DNA from: Macrostomum lignano
Taxonomy: Eukaryota
Assembly: GCA_002269645.1 (NCBI GenBank)
Contig: NIVC01000438.1
Span: 225,379 to 289,378 of the forward strand
DNA: 64,000 bases
Direction of reading: 5' to 3'
Shown one piece after another: positions 37,149-49,000 of this stretch. The translations under genes and the position numbers were made by a program. The notes below the pieces were generated by a model, which saw nothing but the letters and a program-made list of their open reading frames with translations, ran no database searches and was not told the origin of the DNA. Position 1 is the first letter of the stretch, and the number at the start of each line of letters is the position of its first letter.

Positions 37149-40100
37149 TCAGGTCATGTCAAAGCGCAGCAACCTTTTGGCGAAAGCTTCCGCTACAAAC
37201 AGTCGGTCGCTATTCGGATCAAAAGCGACTCCGTGCAAATAGTTTTGCAATTTCTCCGAGTCCGAATCGATAGCGGAACCAATGTCGAATGTATTAATAC
37301 AGTGCGTTACTGTGGAATCATATATTCGAATCTTTCGCTCTCTAGTTAACGATACGATCATGTTATCGAATCGGTCTGTACAAGCGTCAAATGGTTCACC
37401 ACCGGCTGGTAGTTTTTTTAAATAGCGCTTGCTGACTCGGTCAAAAACTATGAGACTGTCGCTGCCGCGATCGCAAATCACTATGCTGGCTGGGCCTACG
37501 AACACGGCCTGTAAGGGGAGGGGAGAGAAATGCATGTACGCTTGGAGACTTGACACTTGTACCTGGATACTCTATAATATTCTGTCGTCTGTGGGTTTTA
37601 TACACACTTGGAGTCAGTTTGTCTGTGGGTTTTATTTGCACTTGGAGTCAGTGTGTCTGTGGGTTTTATTTGCACTTGGAGTCAGTGTGTCTGTGGGTTT
37701 TATTTGCACTTGGAGTCAGTGTGTCTGTGGGTTTTATTTGTACTTCGAGTCAGTGTGTCTGTGGGTTTTATTTGCACTTGGAGTCAGTGTGTCTGTGGTT
37801 TTATTTGTACTTGGAGTCAGTGTGTCTGTGGGTTTTATTTGCACTTGGAGTCAGTGTGTCTGTGGGTTTTATTTGTACTTCGAGTCAGTGTGTCTGTGGG
37901 TTTTATTTGCACTTGGAGTCAGTGTGTCTGTGGGTTTTATTTGCACTTGGAGTCAGTGTGTCTGTGGGTTTTATTTACACTTGGAGTCAGTGTGTCTGTG
38001 GGTTTTATTTGCACTTGAGTCAGTGTGTCTGGGTTTTATTTGTACTTGGAGTCAGTGTGTCTGTGGGTTTTATTTGTACTTGGAGTCAGTGTGTCTGTGG
38101 GTTTTATTTGGGTTTTATTTGCACCTGAAGTCTGCGTGTCTGTGGGTTTTATACGCACTGTATGCATCAGCAATAGCCAATAGTTACTTTCTATAGTTGG
38201 TTCAAGTGTCAGATCTCACCTGGATACTTGTGCTAATGCTATCGTGTTCAACACTGCCCACGTTCTTATAGTCTTGCTCCATATCGAACAACTGTATACG
38301 TTTGTTCTTGCTGTCAACCACGTACAGAATGTTTTCGTAGATATACATTCCTTTCGGGTGTGCAGCTGACCTGGCTCCGAGCCTTTGCTGCCAAATTGGC
38401 CAGTCATTCGGCCCTGGATGACAGTGTGAAAATGGATAGCTTATTTGATGTGAAATAAAGAAAAATTAATTTTCGTAGGATTATGGACTTCCTGGTGTAG
38501 CGGTCAGGGAATTCTGCCCATTTTGCCGGTAATACTGTATGCAGACACGCACTTATATGCAAGCTCACACATGATGTACAGGGGGATTGTGTCGAAATAC
38601 ATAGATAGAAAGCAATGGTAACTAACGGTACGCAAAAAGGGCTAATGTAACCAAATGAGCATTCACTAACTCACCCCGTAGTTAAACTCGTACACGCAGT
38701 GATTCTTAGGATCGGAGGCTAAAATTTTTTCTCTCTGTCTGCAGACGCAAATTTGTCCTGGAAATTGGCCCTGATTGAGTTGCAGTTCAATCATGTCGGT
38801 CTCTTTTAATGTCCCGGCATTAAATATATGCAGACGTCGTGTTGGAAAGCCTTTGTAGTTCACCAACAGTTTATCGTCTTGCAATAGACGCACCTCCCAT
38901 GGCTCGCCTCGTTTAGTCTTTTTAATCACCATTGGCTTGAACTTTTCCGATCTCTCAGCGTATGGTCGTTTTAGAATTCTCACTGATACGGCTTGGAGCA
39001 CTGTATCTTGCTCCGTGGTCATCTTGTCATTGTCAAAGCCAACCTGTAGACAACTTGACGGGTATTTACTGTTTATCGATTGTAAATTCTCTTTAAGTTG
39101 GTCGCGCTGATTCAGAACCTAGTAAAGCAAGTAATCGATTTGAAAATAAATTTATGAATTTTGTTGTTGCAACTTTGAAGCTAATGATCAATGGTGCGTT
39201 GAATACTGTAGCTTATTAAAAAAAATAAACCAAAAATGTGAATTACCTCTGGTCCAATGTGACCAGTTTCATTTTCCAACAACTGTCGTAGCTTTTTGGC
39301 TTCCTCGTTCAACTCGGCGCCGATATTTGTCCTCTCATTCTGTTCCTGTTCTGTTCGCTGTCTGACGGCCGCTAGCTGATCGCTGCACATTGAAAATCGC
39401 TCTTGTTGTGATTTTAGCATTGCTTGTTGAAGCTCTTCAAGTTTCGTTTCCGCGTCAGTTAGTTGACTCTGAAAGTGTCGAACAGTTTTTTTAATTAGAT
39501 TAAAACATGGTACCTTTTTAGCTCCTATCTGAAATAAAAGATACGAGAAAACTGATCGAGGTAGCTTTAATCTGTCCAACCCTCGCACACCACTCCCACT
39601 TCATTCCTCAACTCAAGTCTGCTGTGGCGTAGCTGAGTTGCGTCACTGGCAAAGATTGAGAGACTTTACCTGCACTCTCAAAAATGGCGAAAACAGACGG
39701 AATCTTCTGTGATGGCGACTTTTCGATGTTGCTGAGTATATATTCCCACAATTACTTTTTGTTGGAAACAAAAATGTTGACTATCGTTACTTTAGGATAT
39801 TTAACGTTACCAAACAACCGTTTCCTTAAAATTCTCTAAAAATATTCAGTAGATATAACTAAACATAAAACTGTCTTCTGCAGTGCAGATAGAAAGTTTT
39901 TGTAACAATTATACAAACGGTAAAACTTTAAACCTTACAACAGTCATTAGCAAAATTGACAAGTTTTGTTCGTTTTTATACAAAATACAGCTTCTTTTCT
40001 TTGTGTTGCTATGTTGTCAATAACAATCGATGCTGAAAGAAAAATGTGAATTTTAACCTACCTGCATCTTCTCGAACTCCTCCGATTTGGCTAACAAGAA

Positions 40101-40667
40101 TTTCTCAGCCTCTTGAGCTAATTCGTCGCATCCCGAACGAATGGATTCCATCTTAGCTTTGTGATGCTCCGCGCACAGGCCGCAGGCGCATTGGGTGCAA
40201 CAAACTTGGCGCTTATTCCAACAATCGGACTCTTGACAACAGCCAGCTTTGACAGTTTTCAATGTGTGCAATAAAGACCGGACAGTTTGATCGGGTTTCA
40301 ATGGTCGATGCGGGTCGACACTTGTACGACAAACTGGACATTGCAGCGGGTCTGAATCGCCGCTTCTGCCAGCCACGGAAGAAGAAAATTGAAGCAACAT
40401 CTGCCCGAGACTGAGCATTTCGCCATCGCTGCCACTGCCTCCGCCACCACCTCCGCCACCGCCATTTGTTGTTCGTTTCTCCCATTTTCGTTTTAGCTTA
40501 TCAAAGCATTTCAAGCAGAAAGTGTGACCGCATGCTAGCTGATGTGGATTAGTATAAACCTCTTGACAAATTGGACAGGTACAATCGCCTACGAGTTCTT
40601 TGAGCGCGTCTGTTGCCGGCGAGGCTGCGTCTGAAGCTCGCTCTGTGACCAGTGTTGCCGCGTACAT
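37149..40667 (-). CDS. TRIM-NHL protein (RING, B-box-like, coiled coil, NHL repeats); exons about 40667-40062, 39510-39247, 39043-38675, 38413-38220, 37508-37149
   Basis: C3HC4 RING CPICQEVYTNPHQLACGHTFCLKC...CPVC, a Cys/His B-box-like cluster, a heptad-rich exon, and NHL-like repeats (GQFGSKGSEPGQL, VVDSKNKRIQLF, IVICDRGSDSLIVF, LFVAE). One 1-bp frameshift near 38357; a small exon near 39670-39735 is possible. Confidence 0.85.
37585..38130. repeat. 34-bp minisatellite (GTGGGTTTTATTTGCACTTGGAGTCAGTGTGTCT) in TRIM intron
   Basis: About 16 tandem units. Confidence 0.96.
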
Positions 40668-42047
40668 TCTGTCCTTTTAATTGATTTTGCACTGCGATTT
40701 TAATGAGTTGCTGGATTCGAAAAAAATGATTTGCTTCTTATGTCATAGTTCCTTGTTCAGCGTGTTCAGAGTTTCAGGCTATGACGCCACGAAATGATTT
40801 TGATTTTAAATTGTACCTTTAAATTTAAATTTTAACGAATGTACAACTAGAACTTATGTCATCCGTGTTGCTTAATATTGCAGCATCCGCGTCAGAATGT
40901 AAAATTTCTTATCTTTATTCGAGCTAAGATTATTCCGCTTTTTCAGAAAGTGTAATTCATATTCTTAAATCTTATTGATTTTTACCCTACACTATTGCGA
41001 AAAGTACACTGTAACTATTTAATATTAGTTTAGTATTTAATATTTAATATACATGAAACACCATGTGAGTAATTTAATGACTTACCTCACCTTTATTTGT
41101 TACAATTTGCTCTTTAAAGAGTGTGTATGACTTGATAGAGTCTCACTTTTTTGTCTTGAGAAATCGAGACTCTTTGTCTAGTTTATCTACATCTACATAC
41201 AACCTATGTCCGTAGCTAGGGGTTACTGTTGTCGAGTTGTTTTGCCTTATTATTCAGTTCTATTTTTTATTCAATAGAAACAGCCAAAGTAGGGCTTTTT
41301 GCTGTGCGCCAAGCTTTGCTTTTACCGTGCAGGAGATAAGGTTTTATATTCGCTGCTTTCTGGCCTTCACTCCCTTCAGCATTTTCACTCTCTACCCCCT
41401 CCCTCCCGCCCAGTTCTTTCTGTACAGTTTTGGGAGGGGGCTCACTGAATGTACACCCCGTTCTATTAGCCCAACCACCCCATTTCTCACTCCCTCACTT
41501 AACTGATAAAGTGGCGGCGGCTGATGCACTGTACAGTGATTAGAAAATTTTGTCCGTTCGCGGGTGACAGGGCTGAGGCGTGTACGTACATTGAATTCTG
41601 TCTCTTTACTGTGTAGGAGCGCCAACCCCCCACCCCCTTACCCCCGCTGTTTTCTTTTCTAATCGACGCGTAGAGGCCCTCTCTCTCTACAATGTTCTAC
41701 ACTCTTAATGTAAAGTGTGCTGTGTTAAACTGCTGTTTAAATGAACGACTACGACAGTCAGTCTTCGGTTGGTTCTTTATTTTATTAAACCTGTCTTAGG
41801 AATTTGCGTGTACAACATGTACATGCTCTTTCAGCTGTGCGGTACATAAACCGATTATAGACAGGAGCAGGGGCAGAGGGACATTTATAACGGCTGGAAG
41901 AAATTTCTTTTTAATAAAATTCTCTTGAGGCAGAATTTCTTTTAATAAAACTCGGATTTTAATTTTAATTTCCTCTAAAACGCTGCTGTTATTTTTCAAT
42001 TTTTTTCATCAAGCAAAGTAATCGTCGATCATCCGCATCACCAGTCG

Positions 42048-45000
42048 ATGGACATTCAAGACAGCAACGTCGCTTCAGAAGTCTCCGTTACTAGCCCTTC
42101 TAGCTCCGCTTTGGACGAAGATCTACGCGAGGCCAGTGCTCAAGGTGACGAGGAGCGAGTTGCTAGTCTGCTAGCCGCTGGAGCTGGCGTGAACTCTGTT
42201 AATCGGGTCAACGGTTGGACAGCGCTGCATTGGGCCGCTAAGCGAGATCATGCGCATATTGTCAGCTTGTTGCTTGGTATGGGATGTGCCAATGTTGGCC
42301 TTTGCTCACCATTGTGGCATTTGAAGCTGCTTGCCCACTCTTCTCTGTCGTCTTTTCTGTCTGTCTCCTTTCCGCCCCCCCCCCCCTGTGTCCCCTTCTT
42401 TCCCCCCTCCGTGTCCCCTACCTTCCGCCCCCTCCGTGTCCCCTACCTTCCGCCCCCTCCGTGTCCCCTACCTTCCGCCCCCTCCGTGTCCCCTACCTTC
42501 CGCCCCTCCGTGTCCCCTACCTTCCGCCCCCTCCGTGTCCCCTACATTCCGCCCCCTCCGTGTCCCCTACCTTCCGCCCCTCCGTGTCCCCTACATTCCG
42601 CCCCCTCCGTTTCCCCTACCTTCCGCCCCTCCGTGTCCCCTACATACATTCCGCCCCCTCCGTGTCCCCTACATTCCGCCCCTCCGTGTCCCCTACCTTC
42701 CGCCCCTCCGTGTCCCCTACATTCCGCCCCCTCCGTGTCCCCTACCTTCCGCCCCCTCCGTGTCCCCTACCTTCCGCCCCCTCCGTGTCCCCTACCTTCC
42801 GCCCCCTCCGTGTCCCCTACCTTCCGCCCCCTCCGTGTCCTCTACATTCCGCCCCCTCCGTGTCCCCTACCTTCCACCCCCTCCGTGTCCCCTACCTTCC
42901 ACCCCCTCCGTGTCCCCTACCTTCCACCCCCTCCGTGTCCCCTACCTTCCACCCCCTCCGTGTCCCCTACCTTCCGCCCCTCCGTGTCCCCTACCTTCCG
43001 CCCCCTCCGTGTCCCCTACCTTCCACCCCCTCCGTGTCCCTACCTTCCGCCCCCTCCGTGTCCCCTACCTTCCGCCCCCTCCGTGTCCCCTACCTTCCGC
43101 TCCCTCTGTGATCTACCTTTCACCACTTTATGTATCCTTCTTTCCGCCCCCTATGTGTCCTCTGCCGTCCGCCCCCTCCGTGTCCCTTTTTGTCCGCTCC
43201 CTCGATCTATGTCCCCTTCTTTCCACCCCCTCTGCCCCCTCTCCACTCGCCTATCCCATTATTTCCGTCTTTCCCGCTTCCTTATCTCCACCTAATCTTT
43301 CTAATATCTCTGTAACCCTTTTCCTGTCTTTTGCTCTTTTCAATTTTCATGGACCCGATTTTTTAATCTTATTTTCCGCTCCCCTCGACATCATCCAGGC
43401 TCCGGCGCCAATGCGTCAATCAAAAGCGCCGCAGGAAAATCCCCAGCTGACGTGTGCACGTCGCCTAAACTGGCCAAGCTATTGAACTCGGTTGGAAATT
43501 CTCCTAGTGCTACTAAAAGTAGTAGCTCTCCAGCTGATGAAGATTCAGCCGCTAGATCTGAGACTGCCCCAGCTGCCGCCAGGGCCTCAACAACAGGTTT
43601 TGTGCCGAATTATTTGCGAAATCCAGAATTTCACTACGCCAGACGGACGGCTGGATCTGCTTCTGCTGCTGCTGCTGCTGCTGCTTCTGGCGGCGGAACT
43701 CTGCCGGGGTCTCGACTACCGCTGCTTCTGCTAGCCAGAGTGGCCAAGTCCAGGTGAGAGGTGCTTTGTTTATTTTAATTGGTGTGATGTGTATGTTTGC
43801 CTTTGTCAAATCATACAGTGGGCTGCGTTTTTAGTTTCTAAGGCTCTTATTGAATCCACTATTTTGCATCGCCTATCGTATCTTCCCTTCCCCCTCCTCT
43901 CCCTATCTTCCCTTCCCCCTCCTCTCCCTATCTTCCCTTCCCCTCTCCTCTCCCTATCTTCCCTTCCCCTCTCCTCTCCCTATCTTCCCTTCCCCTCGCC
44001 TCTCCCTATCTTCCCTTCCCCTCTCCTCTCCCTATCTTCCCTTCCCCTCTCCTCTCCCTATCTTCCCTTCCCCTCTCCTCTCCCTATCTTCCCTTCCCCT
44101 CTCCTCTCCCTATCTTCCCTTCCCCTCTCCTCTCCCTATCTTCCCTTCCCCTCTCCTCTCCCTATCTTCCCTTCCCCTCTCCTCTCCCTATCTTCCCTTC
44201 CTCTCCTCTCCCTGTCTTCCCTTCCCCTCTCCTCTCCCTATCTTCCCTTCCCCTTTCCTCTCCCTATCTTCCCTTCCCCTCTCCTCTCCCTATCTTCCCT
44301 TCACCTCTCCTCTCCCTATCTTCCCTTCCCCTCTCCTCTCCCTATCTTCCCTTCCTCTCCTCTCCCTATCTTCCTTTCCCCTCTCCTCTCCCTATCTTCC
44401 CTTCACCTCTCCTCTCCCTATCTTCCTTTCCCCTCTCCTCTCCCTATCTTCCCTTCCCCTCTCCTCTCCCTATCTTCCCTTCCCTCCCTCTCCTCTCCCT
44501 ATCTTCCCTTCCCCTCTCCTCTCCCTATCTTCCTTTCACCTCTCCTCTCCCTATCTTCCTTTCCCCTCTCCTCTCCATATCTTCCCTTCCCCTCTCCTCT
44601 CCCTATCTTCCCTTCCCCTCTCCTCTCCCTATCTTCCTTTCACCTCTCCTCTCCCTATCTTCCTTTCACCTCTCCTCTCCCTATCTTCCTTTCCCCTCTC
44701 CTCTCCATATCTTCCCTTCACCTCTCCTCTCCCTATCTTCCTTTCCCCTCTCCTCTCCCTATCTTCCCTTCCCCTCTCCTCTCCCTATCTTCCCTTCCCT
44801 CCCTCTCCTCTCCCTATCTTCCCTTCCTCTCCTCTCCCTATCTTCCCTTCCCCTCTCCTCTCCCTATCTTCCCTTCCCTCCCTCTCCTCTCCCTATCTTC
44901 CCTTCCTCTCCTCTCCCTATCTTCCCTTCCCCTCTCCTCTCCCTATCTTCCCTTCCCCTCTCCTCTCCCTATCTTCCCTTCCCCTCTCCTCTCCCTATCT

Positions 45001-45632
45001 TCCCTTCCCCTCTCCTCTCCCTATCTTCCCTTCCCTCTCCTCTCCCTATCTTCCCTTCCCCTCTCCTCTCCCTATCTTCCCTTCCCTCTCCTCTCCCTAT
45101 CTTCCCTTCCCCTCTCCTCTCCCTATCTTCCTTTCACCTCTCCTCTCCCTATCTTCCCTTCCCCTCTCCTCTCCCTATCTTCCCTTCCCCTCTCCTCTCC
45201 CTATCTTCCCTTCCCCTCTCCTCTCCCTATCTTCCCTTCCCCTCTCCTCTCCCTATCTTCCCTTCCCTCTCCTCTCCCCGCCTTTCCCATTTCTGTTCCT
45301 CTCATTCTCTCTATCTCCACGTGCCACTTCCCATCGCACTAACTCTCTCTTCCTCTCGTTTTTACAGTATAGCCAACAATACTCAATTGTAGTTCATTGT
45401 AGTTCATACTCTCCTTCCCAAACAATATCCCAGAGACCCCGACTTCATCGAAGTGGAACTAGCCAATCGATCATACGACGGATTAATGGACCTGCTCTGC
45501 CAAGAGCTCGGCCAGGACCCAGTCTCTGTTGAACGAATTCGCAAACTGCCGAATGTTCGACTGCGCAACGATGCGGATGTTGGCCGATTGGAGCATGGCC
45601 AGCAGTTGGAGCTGGTGCTGCAAACCATCTGA
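42048..45632 (+). CDS. ANKRD40: Ankyrin repeat domain-containing protein 40; exons 42048-42276, 43399-43753, 45434-45632
   Basis: Motifs LREASAQGD...VNSVNRVNGWTALHWAAKR, FVPNYLRNPEF and DFIEVEL...CQELG...IRKLPNVRLRNDADVGRL..GQQLELV match ANKRD40. Splice phases 1 and 2 are consistent; AATAAA near 45864. Confidence 0.93.
42385..43200. repeat. 24-25-bp C-rich minisatellite (CCGTGTCCCCTACCTTCCGCCCCCT) in ANKRD40 intron 1
   Basis: Tandem units; the opposite strand is G-run rich. Confidence 0.96.
43870..45280. repeat. 26-bp polypyrimidine minisatellite (CTCTCCTCTCCCTATCTTCCCTTCCC) in ANKRD40 intron 2
   Basis: About 54 units, roughly one purine per unit. Confidence 0.97.
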
Positions 45633-46061
45633 TCATGTATAATTATTGCTCCTAATCCTGTTCAATTTCATGTTGGCCTTTTCTACTGTGTATCATGCGA
45701 CTTGTTGAGCATTTTTGTGTTCTTTTAAATATTTTTACATTCTTACTAATGTATACGAGCATATATAAGACCTTTTTGAGGTAAAGGACACAGCTAGATC
45801 TTCCTGTGTGTCTATTAATAATTGTGTACATCAAACTGTTCAAATGCATTCAAAGTTCATGCTAATAAAAATATATTATTGTTTTTCAATCAGCCATTCT
45901 AGCGATTAAAAATTGTGTCAAACATCTGTTGTTCTGACTTTTTGGTGCATTGAATATCACAAGTCTGAGACACAGACAGACAGGGACAGGCAGACAGACA
46001 GACAGGCAGACAGACAGACAGGCAGACAGACAGACGGGCAGGCAGACAGACACACAGACAG

Positions 46062-49000
46062 CAAGCCAGCAGCTCATCAGCGTCACCCCATCCCACGCCA
46101 GCCGCAGCCGCCACTGAAGCGCCCCCGCCGCGGCGGCAGTTGGCAGCCGGAGCTGTCCCTGCAGCCGTGCGACCAGCAGCTGCTGTTGGCCGTCCGCCGC
46201 TGCAGCCGCGACGTGCAGAACGTCCTACAGGGTGCCCGCCTGCGCGTCGATCGCAGCTGCGGCGTGACGGATGTCGCCAAAGCCGACCTGCAGCTCATCG
46301 GCCAGGTAGTTTCGGATGCGTTCAAGCGATGGCGCGAGGCCTATGCTGAGCTGCTGAGTCAACTGCGTGTTGTTGCCTCCATGTTGGCCTGCTCTGCTGG
46401 GTGAGACACAGTTCCCGCTTTTTTTGGGAATTTTTCAGTTCCAACCAGAATTTTTGGGAGCTGGGAATTTGAGGAGCAGCATCCTCAAGTTTGGGATCAG
46501 AATAAAATTAGGAATAAAAATCCTGATTTGGGATCAGAATATCCAGAATTGGGATCAGACTCCCCCGATTGACAATCAGAACCCCACGACTTAGGATCAA
46601 AATCCCATGATTTGGAATCAGAATCCTGTTATTTGGGATCAGAATCCCCTGATTTAAGATCAGAATCTCCAGATTTGGGATCAGAATCCCACGATTTGGG
46701 ATCAGAATCCTCTGATTTGGGATCGTAATCCACAGATTTGGGATCATAATCTTCTTATTTGGGATCAGAATCCTTTGATTTGGGATCAGAATCCTCTGAT
46801 TTGGGATCAGAATCCTTTGATTTAGGATCAGAATCCTCTGATTTGGGATCAGAATCCTTTGATTTGGGATCAGAATCCTCTGATTTGGGATCAGAATCCT
46901 TTGATTTAGGATCAGAATCCTCTGATTGAGATCAGAATCCTCTGATTGAGATCAGAATCCTCTGATTTGGGATGAGAATCGTCTGACTTGTTGAGCCGAT
47001 ATTGTTTCTTTTTTAAAGTTTGCTATTTTGCATTTCTATTTTAATCATAGTCGCATCTCTTCTCCTCTCATTTCTCAGCAACGCCCCAGCAACAGCGGCT
47101 CCCCTATTCGGACGTGCCGAGCTCGACGCCCGCCTGTTTGAACTGCAGCGCCTGCCTGAAGCCTCGGACGCTGCCGACGATCTGGCAGAAACCGAGGCCT
47201 GCGCTGGAGACTTCCTTGATCAGCTGGACGACAAACTGGCCAAACTGGGCTCAACTGCACCCATAGATGTCAAATCTTCTGTTTTACAAGCCGACAGCCA
47301 ATTCCAACCCGAACGGGACCTGGGATCGATAGTTGAACTGATCAAATCTACTGCCGGGACTTGCAAATGTGCCAGGCCGGTTCAGCTGCGAGACTTGCTG
47401 CTCGGGCAGGGAGAAAAAGCAGAAAAGAAACAGGAAGCAAAAGAAGCGGCTGTGTCAGAAAGAGCACAGGAATCTGTTGATAATGAGTGAGCAGTCAGTT
47501 TACAGTTCATTCTTTTGTTCTTATTCCAGCCTGAATTCTCATGATAGGATATTTTAGAGCTGGGATTATCCTGATGGGATATTTTAGAGCTGGGATTATC
47601 CTGATGGGATATTTTAGAGCTGGGATTATCCTGATGGGATATTTTAGAGCTGGGATTATCCTGATGGGATATTTTAGAGCTGGGATTATCCTGATGGGAT
47701 ATTTTAGAGCTGGGATTATCCTGATGGGATATTTTAGAGCTGGGATTATCCTGATGGGATATTTTAGAGCTGGGATTATCCTGATGGGATATTTTAGAGC
47801 TGGGATTATCCTGATGGGATATTTTAGAGCTGGGATTGTCCTGGTGGGATATTTAAGAGCTGGGATTATCCTGATGGGATATTTTAGAGCTGGGATTATC
47901 CTGATGGGATATTTAAGAGCTGGGATTATCCTGATGGGATATTTAAGAGCTGGGATTATCTTGATGGGATATTTAAAAGCAGGGATTATCTTGATGGGAT
48001 ATTTAAAAGCAGGGATTATCTTGATGGGATATTTAAGAGCTGGGATTATCCTGATGGGATATTTAAGAGCTGGGATTGTCTTGATGGGATATTTAAGAGC
48101 TGGGATTATCCTGATGGGATATTTAAGAGCTGGGTTTATCCTGATGGGATATTTAAGAGCTGGGATTGTCTTGATGGGATATTTAAGAGCTGGGATTATC
48201 CTGATGGGATATTTAAGAGCTGGGATTATCTTGATGGGATATTTAAAAGCAGGGATTATCTTGATGGGATATTTAAGAGCTGGGATTATCCTGATGGGAT
48301 ATTTTAGAGCTGGGATTATCCTGATGGGATATTTTAGAGCTGGGATTATCCTGATGGGATATTTTAGAGCTGGGATTATCCTGATGGGATATTTTAGAGC
48401 TGGGATTATCCTGATGGGATATTTTAGAGCTGGGATTGTCCTGGTGGGATATTTAAGAGCTGGGATTATCCTGATGGGATATTTTAGAGCTGGGATTATC
48501 CTGATGGGATATTTAAGAGCTGGGATTATCCTGATGGGATATTTAAGAGCTGGGATTATCTTGATGGGATATTTAAAAGCAGGGATTATCTTGATGGGAT
48601 ATTTAAAAGCAGGGATTATCTTGATGGGATATTTAAGAGCTGGGATTATCCTGATGGGATATTTAAGAGCTGGGATTGTCTTGATGGGATATTTAAGAGC
48701 TGGGATTATCCTGATGGGATATTTAAGAGCTGGGTTTATCCTGATGGGATATTTAAGAGCTGGGATTGTCTTGATGGGATTTTTAAGAGCTGGGATTATC
48801 CTGATGGGATATTTAAGAGCTGGGATTATCTTGATGGGATATTTAAAAGCAGGGATTATCTTGATGGGATATTTAAGAGCTGGGATTATCTTGATGGGAT
48901 ATTTTAGAGCTGGGATTATCCTGATGGGATATTTTAGAGCTGGGATTATCCTGATGGGATATTTTAGAGCTGGAATTATCTTGATGGGATATTTTAGAGC

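Noticed and set aside
35527-38196. ORFs in the 31-bp and 34-bp arrays
   Set aside because: Periodic translations of intronic minisatellites, overlapping in several frames.
42277-43398. Pro-rich extensin-like continuation of ORF 42048-43295
   Set aside because: This is the 25-bp repeat in ANKRD40 intron 1; the ankyrin frame resumes correctly at 43399.
43789-45532. 517-aa and 560-aa Pro/Ser/Leu-rich ORFs
   Set aside because: Stop-free because the tract is almost purely pyrimidine; it is ANKRD40 intron 2.
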